From positions 5,166,008 to 5,230,007 of the forward strand of contig NW_002060943.1 of the NCBI RefSeq assembly GCF_000150275.1: a stretch of 64,000 bases of DNA. Reading direction: 5' to 3'. The translations under genes and the position numbers were made by a program. The notes under the pieces are model-generated. The model saw nothing but the letters and a program-made list of their open reading frames with translations, did not search any database and was not told where the DNA came from. Of the stretch, positions 1-15,180 are shown piece by piece (the stretch's first letter is position 1; each line of letters opens with the position of its first letter). Origin of the DNA: Trichoplax adhaerens. Its lineage: Eukaryota > Animalia > Placozoa.

Positions 1-3000
1 TCCCAGGGGTGATGGTTGTAAACTACTACTCTCACTTAAGACCGGAGTGTTATTCGTACTGGCGGCAATAAAGGAAAACATTGATAATACTGTATAGCAA
101 ATTTTCTTGCACTATAGTAAGAAAGGAAAAAAGGTTTATCGTCAGTAACTGAAATGGGTAAAGACATCGAGCCTGCGACATTTCATCATGATTTAGATAT
201 AGTATTATGATTCTTGATTTTAAGGATTTAGATATTATCCAAATTTTATGCTATACTATAATTGCTATAATATAACATACCACAGGTGATCCAAATCTAT
301 GGCGAACCAACTCAGATTCATTAACTGTAGAGTTGAAGGAAATACTTTGTATTATTATTTCAAAAGTAGCACCTCTTTCCTCTCATTTAATAGCATGCTT
401 GAAATTAGAATAACTAACCGTATTCGTCAAAATAGAAGACGTCGCCTTGAGTGCCACAATTTTTTACAAATCTTAAATCGATGTGTTTCTAAAGAGGTCA
501 ATTATAAACCCAATACCAATATTAAAAGAGAAGGTAATGGCCAATTTTAGATGTGCTAGCAAAAAGTAATAAATGTTACTATCAACTATGCCACTTTAAC
601 GCGTCTTACCATTTTACTTTCTAAGGTAATATCAATACCATCCATAGTAATTTCGAGGTGTCCAGTCTGATTCGTGTCTAAATCCTTTCATAACACCATT
701 ATTTAAAACTATTAGTCATTTTATTTACAAAAATGGAAAGTATTACTGATAGTTAATGGCCAATGTAAAAGTTTTAAATGAACTAAAGAATCTGGATCTA
801 ACCGATATCTCATATAGTCCTTCGCCTTCTTGTCCCCCTAGTGAAAATTGACGAATAATATAAAAATTGGTAACGCATTTATAGCTTGACATTAGAAAGT
901 CAAAATGGGCAATATAGTATAATAGATGTCACCTTCAATATTACTTGTAAAGCTTTGTCGAAGAGCTGCTCTTTGCATACTTTCCGTAATGCTCTTATAA
1001 AGTTTTCGGCACTATAAGACATTTTGAAGAAATGTAATTGTAAATATGGTAATAAAAAATTCTACATTAAATTAGTGAATTAGGAGAAGGTAGCAGCAGT
1101 ATTAATATATTACTTACCTTTTTAGAATAAAACTTATGTAGTGCTGTATCTTTCCCTTCTTTACACCAAATACAGAGGACTTTCACCTTTGGCGAAAAAG
1201 AAATATGAACAATTTTTTCGTACCACCATCGTTGAATAATCACTCCAACTCCACTCCTTAACATGATACCATCGTCACATATCTAGATAATGATTAGAAT
1301 GCAATAATGACTTGAATACTTTGTATCAATGCAAAATCCATATTTGTTGATTAGTTTATTTTATTAACTTTGTAGCATATGACAAACCTCCATAAAATAA
1401 AAATCGTCCAGCTTATCTGTACCAGCTCTAACTACGTATGTCGATTTTCGATAAGTTCTACTTGGCCAAGCTTTGAGATCAATATCGTTTCCTTTCTGCG
1501 TGTATTAAATATTCATAGGATTAAATACTATGACAATAAAAGTGACAGGAAATACAAAAGTTTTGCAAGATTTTAATGAATATAAATACGTTCATTTGAA
1601 CGTTTTAAAGGATCGCAACTCACCAAGCTATCCATGACGTCTAGAACATCATTTACATACTGACTATGAGTAATGCCAACGTGTGATTTACCAAGTAGAC
1701 GACGAATTTTACTTTTAATCGATTGTTTATTAACACCAAGAGCAACCATAAAAGCGACCATATTGTATAACATGACAGTTAGTACATAGTCTTCTTCCTC
1801 TTCTAAACGTCTCCTCTCCGGTTGACTTAATGAGAAATATCTAAACGAATAAATAAAAAATTAACTTGCAAAATAACTCCATAACAGATACTGCATTATA
1901 TAATTAACTAGTATAGGTATAGGACGATATTTTTTATTTGCATACAAGGTGCAATAAAATAATAAAGTAATTACCGGTCAATTAACTCTGATGATCGTTC
2001 ATTCATTCCTATAGTATCACGTTCTGCCGTTACAGCATCTAAATAGGCAGATTCCCAAAATTCCATACGATCCCATAAAAGTGATCGATCTTTGGCTGTA
2101 AAGCCTTCAAATAAGTAACGGCGACCAACATCAGTTTTAGGTTGTAATTGAATTAGTTTGCCTCTATATCGGTAGCCATTACTAATACGAGATTTCGGAC
2201 CAGATTTCCTTAGTGCATTACTCATCTCTTTCGAGATTTCTCTAAAGCCTTCTCTATCGCTGCTATCGGAATCAATAGAATTCTTATTTTTGAGAAATGA
2301 AGCATGATTGATTTTAAGTCGATGACGAGTGTAACGAGACCATAACGCAGTTGGCGAAGCTGGAATATCGTAAATTTCCAAACTTGGAGTACTTCCGAGT
2401 GAATCACAACTTTCAGTACTATCTTGTAGAGTTAATTTTCCCTTCGCTACTAATAATCGGTCATTAACATTTTCAGCAGAAGATTGCCTACTATTAACAT
2501 TAAGTCTATCCATTGAAGTACTGATGTTCTTTTCACTCATGCTATTAGTTCGGCTATTAACTTCACCAGGCACTTTACTACTTGTTGCATTCTTGCTATC
2601 TTTACTTTTGGGATCGTTCACGGTATCAATGACAACATATTCATTGGAGCTAGATTCGTTATCGCTACTTAAACTATTTGGTATATTTTGCTTGATTGAT
2701 TTTCGCTCTACCTCCATGATAGTTTGAGTTATATTACCATGGCTACTGATACCGCAATCGCGTTTACTATCACTAGTTTCTGAAGTTATGGACTGATTTT
2801 TACTATCAAAACTGCTATCTGTTGTATTGTCTGTACTACTCTTCCTACTAGTATCAGCACTGGCTTCTTTCAACAACTGTTTAGTATAATTAACTTGTTT
2901 ACCACAGTAATATGTATAAATGACCTCAATAAAGAGAAAAACTGATGCCATGCCATCACTTGTATATTTATTCATAGCATCTTCGTAACCCGTTAAGATC

Positions 3001-6000
3001 GCTTTCATTAGTTCAAGCATTGCATTAAAGACCTTGCGTGTTATACACTATAGTAAAAAAATATAGAAAGTATCGATTAGTTCTTTCGATAATAGTTGAT
3101 AGGACAAATTTCAACGATAAGAAATGATCAAGTCTTACCGTATCTTCAATGTAAGGACCATCGATTTTATCAGATGTATTGTTATGGTAAATTAATTGGT
3201 TAAGGATTACACATCTGTTCGCTTCGGATACCATCAATTTCTTCAAACGTCGCATGTCTACCCAACCTAGAGTAGTTCCTCCCATTACCTTACGGGCAGC
3301 ATCTCTTAAGAAATGCTGATTTTCAACACTATTTTTATTCAAAATCAATACAAATGAATAAATATTAAAGAAAACATTAGTCGCCAGTGATACAAGCTAA
3401 CCTCAAATAGAATCGAAACAAAGTATCTGCATTTAGCATACCTAGCAATAATAGCGGCTTTACGATCATTGGATATTGTAGGAGAATTAAGAGGTGTCAA
3501 TTTCGAACCAGACAGCCGTCGACCTATACAAAAGAATATTAGTAATAAAAAAATGTTAAATTACGGATTTTTTGTGATTAAAGCTTTTAGCATTCATGTT
3601 GATTATTTTAAGATATACCATAGCGAATACTAACTGAGGAATGGCGATGTTAACTTCGAGCTAGTATCAGAACTTGAAGCTTTTTTGATCGATTTACTTT
3701 TCCTAAAAAGTCTAGCAATATCTGCAGAAACCGTACTACCGGTATCACTGCATATACTACCGGTTGGTGAGCTAGGCGTCTGATAGTTTTGTAATGTAGT
3801 GTCATGAAGAGATCGTTCGGACATCGATTCTGAACCCCCACGATAATTATCACTATTAGCCCTAGACTTATTAAAAACTGCCGTATGCTTCTTAACGTTG
3901 ACATGTATACTACTTTTATCCTCTGATCCATCGACTTCTTCTTCGGACTGAAAGTCGCTCGATTTTTGCGCGTTTGCTAGGTGAGGAATTTTTAAGTCGC
4001 TTGTTTTTGTAGCACCTTGTATACTAGACTGTTCATTACTCCTTTTTTCATCTCCAGCTTCTGAAATACTATCGTTCTAGTTGATGAAAGCATACCATTC
4101 TTATTATAATTGCATGCACACAACATAAATAAAATGATAAAAAAAATGTATTTATAACCAGTTAAAAGCCAGAGCATGCATTATTTCTTATCGTTGCATC
4201 TGTATCAATTCTTATTATAACTAAGGGTATTTTTAGGATAATCGTTGAGAGTGTTTAATTAATCAATTAATCCATTTCTACCTCATTCCGATTGTATTCA
4301 TTACTGCTCGTATTTGAAGTTCTATCTTCATCAGAATCAGACCCAACTAGCGATGAATTAGGGGTTTTTTGATCACCATGCTTAGCATTTCCAGGGATAT
4401 TCATTGGTAATGAAAGCGAAGCCATAGGATCATAAATTTGATACTGTATAGGCGTCAATTGGGTTGAGAACCATCTCAATTTATCTCCAATTATTTGTGG
4501 ATCAATAACACCTATAGACAAGAAATACGATTGAATAAATATGAGATGTAGCACCTATATGACGGAAATCATCTATTACAATTCAAAAATTCTTTTAAGA
4601 TAATTAACGATTACTAATAAAGATTTATCATTATTACCATTCATAATTTTTAAATATGAAGTCGTTGAAGGTGACAATTGCCATTCACCAAAAAATTCTA
4701 ACGACTGTAAAAGTTATAGCATAGAATTTAGTAAGAAAAGATTTTAGAAGAAATTTTTCTACATTGCAATCCATAATAAGCATAAGATATTGATATATGA
4801 AATGATTCAAATTGTAAATCACCTGGCAATCTACAAGAGCAGTTGCGAAGGATGACTTGTTAGGCAAGTAGTTTAAAAAGTAGGAAGCTTGTAATGCAAC
4901 AACAGGTGATGGATATAATCGTAAAGTACGGCAAAATTGGGCATGATTTCCTAAGACGTTGTCACATGTTAAAAATTTGACCACAGAGCAACGTATTGCA
5001 ACATCGACAGAGTCAACATCATTGCCAAATACAATTTGAGGCACAGTATGGGCTAAATTGCTTTGCAAATTACTATGCATTGCATTTAAACGATTAAGCA
5101 CTTCATCACTGTTGATACTATCAAGGTCATGGATAGGCATAAGATCGGTACTTAATGATACCATAGCCTGATGGTTTATAAGAGTGTAGAAGAAAAAAGC
5201 AAATTATTAGCTATTCATTTCATAACTTTGAACAACTGATACTATTATTATATTATAAATAAGTGTAGATATTTATTATCGTATTCTTCAGATTGACAAA
5301 CCTGTTGTAAATGAGCCCGAAATATTTTGCCATCGGTTTCAGGTAAATCAGGTAATTGATTATTAAAATCTGGAGGAATTAGCTGCCATGAAATAACAAT
5401 TCGTTGAAATAGAGTTAATATGCTACCGGCACAAAAATACATTTTTGTCTCCCGCTACATCTCTGGTCATATCAATACAGTGATTCTATCAAAGTTATTC
5501 CATTTAAAAGCGAATTCTTCTATATTAAAATTTTCGACTTTATGAATGAGAATTGATTGGAAATAGGGTTTAAATGTTACAGCGTAAAGTACTTCACTAC
5601 CTCTTTAACTTATTAAAGTTATTCCATTTATAAGCGAATTCTTCTGTATTAAAATTGTCGACTTTATGAGTCAGAATTGATTGGAAATAGGGTTCAAATG
5701 TTACGGCGTAAAATACTTGACTACCTCTTTAACTCTCTATACAGCATTATAAAAATGTAGCAAGTCTAGGTTTTTCAATTTATATGCGTAGCAGGGACTC
5801 TTTTATATATAAGTATCTTTGATAGTACAATGATGTACAATGTAAAAAGTGAGCTAGTTAGTTTCTTTAATAGCCTAATAATCGATTAAAATGATACAGG
5901 TACTCTTTGCAGTCTTATAGGCATCGAGCGAGAGAGAAAGTAAGCTATAATATATTAATCATTAGTAGCCTAGCCAACTTTATGGCTATACTATATATAG

Positions 6001-9000
6001 TAAAATGATACATAACTGTGTCATAGCTGGCTTTTTCAATAAATAGCCTAAGAACTCATTAAAATACTACTGGTTTACTTTTCAATCCTATACATGTAGA
6101 AGTAGCTCTATTAGAGATTTTCTTTTATTGAGTAGTTCATAGTTCTATAAGTATGTAATAAGTCTAACTAACTTTATAGTCGTGCAATGAATGTAAAATA
6201 ACTATTTCTTCTCTCAAATAGTATAGTAAAAGGTTAAAATTGTCTCTCATACAGATTCGATCTGTATATAACCAAATAGTCATTACCCTTCATTTTAAAC
6301 TAATTCGATATCAATATTTTTCAGGGCCTTTCTCATTGAATCAATGTTGGAATTAAAGAGACATTGTAACATGAAATAACTATCATAGCCTCAGGACAAG
6401 CATTGCCATCTATCCATCATAGCTACAATGAGATATTCTTTAACTACTATACACTGCATAGTCCAGCATTGCTTCATGGCTAAATTATTTTATACCTTTG
6501 TTAGTGTAATATGAAATAACTATCATAACCACTGGATAACCATTGTCATCCTTTCATGATAGCTACAATGAGATTTTCTTCAACTACAATCGAGCATTCT
6601 GCTAGGCTAAAATTTTTGATATACCTTGCTATATTTATAGTTACAGTGAGATTTTTCTTCAATTATTACCGAGCACTGATGCTAGACTCAACTATTTTTT
6701 ATACCTTGATAGTATACATTTATAGTTACAGTGAGATTTTCCTCAATTATAGCATTGATACTAGGCTAAATTATGTTTTTATACCTTGCTAGCATCTAAA
6801 TCGACCAACCATACATCAGCTGGAATTCGAACATGATTCTTAAAAGCAAAGAAACTGGAAGTTATGCCAATAATATAAGGTGTAGGTGCCAGTAATAGCG
6901 TTTCCGAGCCATTCATACAAGCAGGGAGCAATGGAATAATTGGAAACATGTATTCCAACGGATACATTAACTCTGAAAGTGCCATGATACTCATAGACAG
7001 TGCATTGTAATCTCTTGATTGAAAAATTAACTACATCAAGAAGAATAAATTAAAAATGAGAGATTAGTAATAGAATATCTTTTATTTCCTAAATCGCTGA
7101 CACAAGTATCGTCTATTGCATCCAAAATCTATTTCGAGAAAACAGATTCATTGAGTATAATTCTATTGACGACAGGCAGTATTAATCAAAATATAGAAAT
7201 AAAATAGCATTCGTTATGGTATCCTATTCATTTTACTGTCTTTTTCATGATTACGGATGATAAGTAGTATCTTTTTCCTCGAGTTTTAAGTTCAATTGTA
7301 TTCTTAAAGTGCTATATTAATAAAATGAATTCGACTGAGTGGTGTTTAAGGCGATCTTTAATTCCCTTTAATTTGATAGAGTAGGGACTTTCTATACCGC
7401 ATCTATTCCAAAATATTTGGTAAGATACGAGTTTAACAGCCCTTTTTATTCAGATAAACTGATTCTAGTATGTATTCTTCAATATGGGATTCAGAAAATT
7501 TCCCTCATGATCAAAAGGTGCGAATAGTAATTATTCGATGGAAAGCTTAATTACATTAACGCTCTGTCATAGATTCCTGTACTTGTTTTACTCTTTCATT
7601 ACAATCATAAAACTTCAAAAAGAATAATTCTGTAAACGAATCTAATATTAGAAGTACAGTCTTTCGAATCTGTTTACCATTAGTTTAAAAAGATCAAATA
7701 GACATAATATGCTGTCCATTTCTGCATGGATTACAATCCATGACAGTACTGATGAAGTATCATTCGTAAAATACTACAGTAATGTCGAATATAGTTTGAA
7801 TACGATTCAACTAAGTCAGCGAGCATTTTCTGTAAAGGAAGCGGAAAATATACCAAGGTTTTTAATTAATTCAGTGAGTATTTCTGTTAAGGAAGTGAAG
7901 AATATAAGGAGATTTTAAGTGATTCTTAAAGAAATAGTACTGTAGACTAAATGATAAACCAATTTGAATAGACGTCCAACTTTCTTTGAAGAAAAGTGAA
8001 AAAAAAAACATGTTGAATTTTATGCTCATAGGCAAAGTAATATGAACTTTTTGATGGACCAGTTGGAATATTCGTTCAACTTTCTTTGAAAGAAAAGAAC
8101 AAATATGACGTTAAATTTTATACTCAAGAGAAAAGTAGCCTATGTTTAAATTGTTTTGGTAACTCTTTCTTTGAAGAAAGTGCAAACTACGCGTAGGGAG
8201 TCTATGGAAATTTTGAAAGAAATATTAGTATAAAGTAAATTATAAATCCATTTAAAGCATCTTTCAATTCATTGAGTAACTATCTCTTTGAAGAGAATTC
8301 AATCTTTTTCTCAAGATAATTTGTCCCAAATTTATATATCATTTTCACTCATTTTCCTTCTTAACGTTGAAGCCACATCATTATGGAAGTGATGTGAATA
8401 CCACAAAAACGACAAGTAATGATCTGGAAAACTTTACAGAAATTGAAAATAGAAAATTACTCAGATGTAACCGACTTGAGGAGATTCAGCATCAAATACG
8501 AGAGCAGACTTTATTGAAAAAGAGTGTGTCATTAATGTCTACTTATTAAGATCTGGGCTAAGCTGAGATAGCTTTATGTGCGCCTGGCACTCGTTGAGCA
8601 ATAAAGTTCTTTCCTATATGCAGTATTTTTCCTTGACGAAAAACTGATTCATTGATTGCTAATTTTACATTTCTCATCATCGTTTTTTTTCTTGTAGTAG
8701 AAAATTCTATGGCACAAGACAGTGCAAAATGATATTACAACTAGCCATCGATGTAAGAACATTACTATCTATCTACCGTAAGGTAATTAACCAGTTGTTA
8801 AATTGCGGAAAGGAATTGTTATCAAGGCAAGATGCTATTGCTTCTAGTCGAACTCAATTAATGTACATGTTTAATAATATATATATTATAATAGGTATCC
8901 AATTTCTTGTTAAGCAAGGTATTGTTGGATTCTTTATGAAGTTCTCCTTTTCCCCGTAAAGCATCCATTTCAATTGGTTTTATTGTTCGAATACCTATTC

Positions 9001-12000
9001 TCTCGTGTTGAGACCCGTTGTCGTTGGTAGAGGATTAGAAAAAAGTTATTTTGCATATTGGCAATAGCAAGAGGATAAATTTTATTCCTTGCTGATTATG
9101 ATGATGGACTATAACCCTATACTACTGTACTTTCTAATCGTCGTTGTATCGTCAAGTAGAACTAGAGTATCATTTCAATGATCATCCACTTTAGCTAGAG
9201 GGTATAAAAAAATAGTAAGTGAACAAGAATAACTCTAGAAAAGAAATAAAACGATGATGAATGGTAGAGGATAGTGGGCTTGAAATAGACTTGAATGATG
9301 TAAAATAAAAAATTTAGACAACATTAAGGAAATACTATCGAATCTTTTAGGAATTGAAATCTTAAACTAAATGCGTAAACTATACGCGTATATTCATCAT
9401 GGAGCGTCCATTGTGAACGAGACAAGAATGGCCTCTACGACCATCATAGAGGGGACTTGCAAGACAACATGAAATAACTCAATTGATCTTGCGGTAGCCA
9501 TCAATCAGTGATTTAATTACTGTATACTAGCAAAAAAAAATGATTATGCTAAAGAATAGATCATTCAGTACTCCTCAAAATCATAAACTCAACGCTAATA
9601 ACGTCATGCTAATTTTCAGTATGTTGGAAAAGCCCGTCGTTAGTAACGAATTATCATCATTACTATTAATTAATGATATTATTGATCAGACTGTAGATTG
9701 GGACCAGACACATAGACATAAAAAAGAAATTGATTAACAATTAAAAAATTGAACTCTTGATGATTAATTCCGAGCAATCTAACGCATAGACGGATGATAG
9801 TAGGATTAACAATTGTTCTCACTGAGTCAATTGGCCAATAGCTAGCAATAATAATCTATTTTAAAAACTAGAGGACTAATTGATGATCGTCAACACTAAT
9901 TTATCATTGAAAGATGGCGACAGCAGAGTATCGTAAGTACTTGAATATCAATTCAAGGAATCCTTGAAATGATCTATAAATTGAATGAGTCCATAAGCAT
10001 TTTTATGCATAAATGTATGCCGGAATGAATTAACGATGGATTGATGGATACAGTACAGTTGGTCAGTGGATGCATAATATTTGTATTTTTTCCAATATTG
10101 GCTGCCTCATCGATTGATAATCCAATCTTTTTAACTGACAGCATCTCGGCCTAGTCTAGTGTAAATACTTAGCATAATGTCTACATGAAGCAGTTATCAT
10201 TAAAATAAAAAAATTGGTTCCATTGCACACACACACCAAGAAAATACGACTACGATATGAAAGACAGGGAAGAAGAAAAATCAAGGTGGAAAAAAAAACA
10301 GCCTAGGCAGGATTATCATGATTCAGCTGTCGCCTAATCGATGACAACCTCCATAGTCGAAAATACGACTACGATATGAAAGACAGGAAGAAAAAAAATC
10401 AAGGTGGTAAAAAACAACTGGGATGAGAGAATCAATACTACTCATGGACAGGATTATCATGATTCAGCTGTCGCCTAATCGATCACAAACTCCATAGTCA
10501 TGCTATTATAATTATCATCATTCTGTCAGTAAAATATTCTTGATCGTTTCAATGATGGCCCTATAGTGATTTTTCAAGACCCCGCTAGCTTAAGATAGTT
10601 GAACCATGTTGATATTGAAGTGTTTAAATAATGGATAGTATTGTTATATTGACATCCATGATACAGAAATAGAGCAGAAATTATTTAGTAAACTAGTGAC
10701 AGATGCTATTAGCAAACTGGAAAACATTTGTACAGGTGGTGGATTTAGTCAATAAAAAAAATGCAAAATAGGCTACGAGTTCGTATAGCGTTCAGAAAAA
10801 GAAGGTGAAAAGTAAGTCATCATTTCATATCAAATTGTTTGAGGACTCGTTGGAAGTATTGATTTTAAAGCTTCTAAAGGGTTCAATACTATTGAAAAGA
10901 ACAAAACTGATGTATGCTATACTGTGTCGAAGCTGGCTATACACGGATATTTTTATTTAATTTGATATCAATTGTTAGAACGTAGGACGGCTGGGATGAA
11001 ATAGGATATCTACCAGCATTATGAGAAAGTTGAAAAAATCTCTCTACAGATTGTGGTATTGACAGAATCGCTTACTATTTAAATAATCATGACATATATG
11101 TTGCATCGACTGAAATGAACAAGACCAAGGATTACTAGAAAAAATGATTCTTCCTTTCTGTAGTAGTCCTTGACAAGACGTTTAGTAAAATATACTAAAG
11201 CTGAAGATTGTTTACTATCGTTTTTATTTTTTGAATTTAAGCCGTCTAGAAAAGATGGAAGATAGGATATCTATTTCCTATGAATAGATTATATCCTTTT
11301 TTTTCAGCTTTCTTGAATTCAATACTATTGCATCGGATGGTACTGCACGTATCTGTTATTCCCAAGAGAGTTTTTTCGTCATCCATTTTATACAACGTCG
11401 ATTAATTATTTCCGCTTGATATTATCGACATGTTATTTTTTTCCGAGATTATACAATAACATTTTAATAGGAGTGCGTTATGGCTGCTATTTCTAGTATC
11501 ATTTTTGTCTGCATTATCTAGTCCTTACTGTGACTTTAATATTCAAGTTTTGCATGATGACGATGAATTCAATATCTACCCTGACAGTGACTAACAATAA
11601 AATACCATGACGATATCGTTCAACAAGCTAATTCTTGATGTCAACAAGAAGCGTATTGTTTTGTACACTAGTCATGTCGGAATTTTATTCAAATCTTACT
11701 TATATAAGTTAACATTACTGTAAAAGTTGTTCATTTTTAATTATTTGAGTAACCATCACAGTATTTCATTGATACCATTTTGTATCATCAAGTAAAAATC
11801 TCATTCGATAGGACCGTCAACAGCAATATTGAAATGGATTTCAAATTCACTCCTTACACAATTGCATCATCCTACTCTAGCTAGGTGTTACTAATATTGT
11901 CAAATTAAATAACTTAAAATGTAGTTCCGCATTACTGTACCTGGTTAACATTACTGTAATATCATTCTTGTTCTGATGACAATTAGCCAATCTAAACGAG

Positions 12001-14763
12001 AGCTTGTAGTGCTATACAAGTGTACACTGTACATAAGTATCTTATCGAGTAGAGCTCATCGTATCATCTTCTCCCCCAAAAGATTAGACGTACAATCTAC
12101 ACTAAAAGAAGGTGATCCAACAAGCTTTCATATTTAAGCTACAGTATATTTTCACTAAAAGCAAATAGGGATAAAAAATAAAAAACATCAATGTTGACTA
12201 ATAAACAGGAAATGCAAGTCATTAAATACTAGATGCCCGATCAAATCGTTGATATATTATGTAATATCAGACTATTAGTTTAGATTAGATTTAAAGTTGA
12301 GTGAATTTTTAGAAAAGCTGTCGGTACTAGGACGGTTTCATCAAGGAATTCTGATAAATCAACTACTAGGCTTGGAAGAGAATCTTATTCTAACCGTACC
12401 TCTTCTTTCAGTTTTTTTTTATTTTCTTCCTATTGAATTCATACTACCAGAATTGATGCTATTAAAAACTCTCTAAGAAAACATAATGCATTTCATCATT
12501 ATTATTTTTTTTTGGGGGGGGGGGGAAATGCGTAGACCAAGTAAGCCACGATAACAACTACAAGTGGCGTCTTTTCGCCATCGAAAATGGATCAGAGGTC
12601 AACAACCTCATAAAGTAATGGCATTTTGCAAAATATATCAACGATTGTACTATTAGGTTGATTAATAATAATAATCATTATTAATTATTAAGGATGAGAA
12701 GAATATAGATTGTCCTTGTACAAAAAATCGATCTATCGCTTTCGTTAAGATATTGGATTGAGATATCCGTTTCCATCCTAGTGCGAAAGTACTACTTCTT
12801 CCCCAGATCTTATAGCATATTAAGCTACCGTTATACCGTAATATATATATATATATATAAGTTATACAACTATCGAGACAGAAGTAGCATGGATTGGAAG
12901 TCTCTTCGAGCGAAAAAACATGATTATTGACAACAATGATGGCTTATTCATTTTGATATAGGAATTGTCCTTATCCAATTGGATAGGGGATTGCAATTTT
13001 TGTACAGTAGTGTTTAGTTATCTTGTAGTAGCTCCATATTTATACTCTATCGTTAGGTACTTTCCAATTGTCAGCTACTTATACATATTCTTCAGAAAGA
13101 ATTTTACTTTCCTTTACTCGATTGCGTATAAACTAAAGCATGACGAAAGTACAAGATGATGGCTTATAATGGCACAAGTGTACTGTTTGAAACATCTCCA
13201 ACAACAGTATGGAATGATTATACATAATGTATGAATAAAAAAAAAATAAATAACTCTTCAAATGAACGACAAGATGGGAGATTAGTTCTAGTGAGATCTT
13301 GTCTAGCAAGAAAGGGCAGAAATTTCCGAAATGCATAAGGGTTATCATTAGAGTTCTAACCCCATTTAGCAAGATTCTACTGGAGTATTAGGAAATGAGT
13401 TGAGTAATTGTCAATATTCATCATCTGATAATAATTCTTATTTTGGATAGTCCACCATTGCAAATCAATGAGTGAAAATAAACAGCTATAATATGTCGGA
13501 AACAAGACTTTCAATGACAGTCATGATTGTGTTATGGGTGTCGAGTTGTAACATTAACTAGGTAAACAATTTCAATCGATTTTACCTAGCTAAAAGAGAG
13601 TAGATTGAATACTGCTATTCCATTTACTGTATAATGGAACCGATGAAAGTGTTAAAACAGGTGGACAGGGTGTACAATCCAATCGCTTGAATGTAGCCAA
13701 TCGTATAGAATATTGGCCATCATGTCATGAGGAAAATTTTATACAGTATTCGATCTTATGGTGTGGTAAAATGAACAAAAACTTGGACATATATGATGGT
13801 TGTGACTTGAAACGCTGTAATTTTTCGATGCATTGTATCGCTATGGACCCATGATGTCGAAATGAAATTCATAAGCCTAACCTATCCAAACTAGTACATC
13901 CTAAAGTATTATCCTATTGTACTTACCTTATGTTGCAATAGCATGCAGGTAAAAACGCGTATAAAGGTTTCAACGCCTAATAACTCGACCGGCAAGTGGA
14001 CTGGGAAATCCGTTAAAGTAAATCGGCTTGAATTGGGTAATGCAAGAACAATTGGTGAATGATGCTTATCCAATAGCTCAATTTCCACTCTAGTTTGTCC
14101 AGGAATGGGTGTAGGCGATTTTAAAAATCGTTCTATCCAAGCTTCAATCTCTTCAACAACTTGATCATATTGACTACCTTGATTAGGACTAGCCTGAATT
14201 AATGGAAGCCATAGTTGTGAGCTATTTCCATCTTGATGACATACAGGATGTGTATCAATGATCTCACGCAAGATATTAATACATTTACGAAAGGATGTGA
14301 AAAATGCATGATGTGAAATAATACAAAGAGAAATTAAGAAAGTTTTATTCTGGCGTTGTGGTTGACGAGGAGAAGAGCTATCGTTGTCATTGGCTTGCGA
14401 TGGATGATTATCATGAGGGAGTTGCAATGGTTGATTAAATGTTTGATAGAAATTGACCGATACACCATAACGGCGCATACCAGAATCTTTTTCAGTTAAG
14501 GTAAAGATAAAAGATGTAGCCTCTTTATTGCCTAATTGTTGGTTGCCAATAGAACTGGTATACCCTTCTGGTTGGCAAAAATAGACCACATCAGGCGGTA
14601 AATAAAAATCAGGATAATCTTGTGGTGGAAAGCGTCGTAATAATTGTGGATGATGGATGGTATTGGCCGTGCCGAAAACATCATAAGTGGTTTCTTCCGT
14701 GCCGACAATCAGTAGATAATCGACCAGCCTACGGCTAAAAAATGGCTTATGTAGCTTAGACAT
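1..14763 (-). CDS. MADD: MAP kinase-activating death domain protein / Rab3-Rab27 GEF (DENN domain); multi-exon, stop codon lies just outside the window
   Basis: Exon 1 (14763-13927) encodes uDENN ([49 protein letters not shown]). Exon 7030-6785 encodes [36 protein letters not shown]. Later exons give [61 protein letters not shown] and RWWYEK. The last exon (from 111) reads [14 protein letters not shown]. Junctions checked were GT-AG. Confidence 0.96.
5491..5734. repeat. Tandem duplication, 2 x about 120 bp, in a MADD intron
   Basis: AAAGTTATTCCATTT...CTACCTCTTTAACT at 5491-5610 and 5615-5734, with few mismatches. Confidence 0.9.
6370..6791. repeat. Degenerate 80-130 bp tandem repeat that includes copies of a MADD splice donor
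   Basis: Recurring ATAG(C/T)TACA(A/G)TGAGAT..TTC, GCTAAATT and ATACCTT(G) at about 6492, 6621, 6702 and 6781. Confidence 0.7.
10240..10499. repeat. Tandem duplication (about 120 and 140 bp) in the large MADD intron
   Basis: GAAAATACGACTACGATATGAAAGACAGG...CAGGATTATCATGATTCAGCTGTCGCCTAATCGAT...TCCATAGTC occurs twice. Confidence 0.9.
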
Positions 14764-15127
14764 GTTTGTAGTCAATAGACTACAGGTAGAATAAATAAGA
14801 GGATGTTGAATGAAGAAAAATGATCCACTCCAACGTTAGCAGCTAGCGTAAATAGCAGCTGCTAAGACGGACTGATCGATTTATCTTATACTGTCTATTG
14901 TCAATTAATCGCATCGTCCCGACTTTCTGTTTACGTAGTAGTCCAGTCGATTTGGACTGGACAGTAGTCTACTGTTCGCATACGCTCGTCTACGACTAGA
15001 GTACAGTATTGGCGTCTGCCGACATTTTCGGTACCCTACAGTGCAGTCGATGAAGAAGGGAGTGTAGACTGTAGACTGTAGACTGTACAGTAGAGTACTC
15101 TACAGTACAATCGACAGTCTACAGTCT

Positions 15128-15180
15128 ACTGTCCAAGTGTCCTTGACATTGACTGTCAATGTCACGGACACTTGGACAGT
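15128..15180. repeat. 53-bp near-perfect palindrome
   Basis: ACTGTCCAAGTGTCC-t-TGACATTGAC-T-GTCAATGTCA-c-GGACACTTGGACAGT: 26-bp arms with one mismatch. Confidence 0.92.

Noticed and set aside
299-3931. Opposite-strand or alternate-frame ORFs overlapping MADD exons (299-550, 2222-2407, 2524-2727, 3650-3931)
   Set aside because: Shadow ORFs of real MADD exons with no independent coding signal.
7709-13372. Short ORFs in the large MADD intron as nested genes or transposon remnants
   Set aside because: No recognisable domains and no coherent exon chain.
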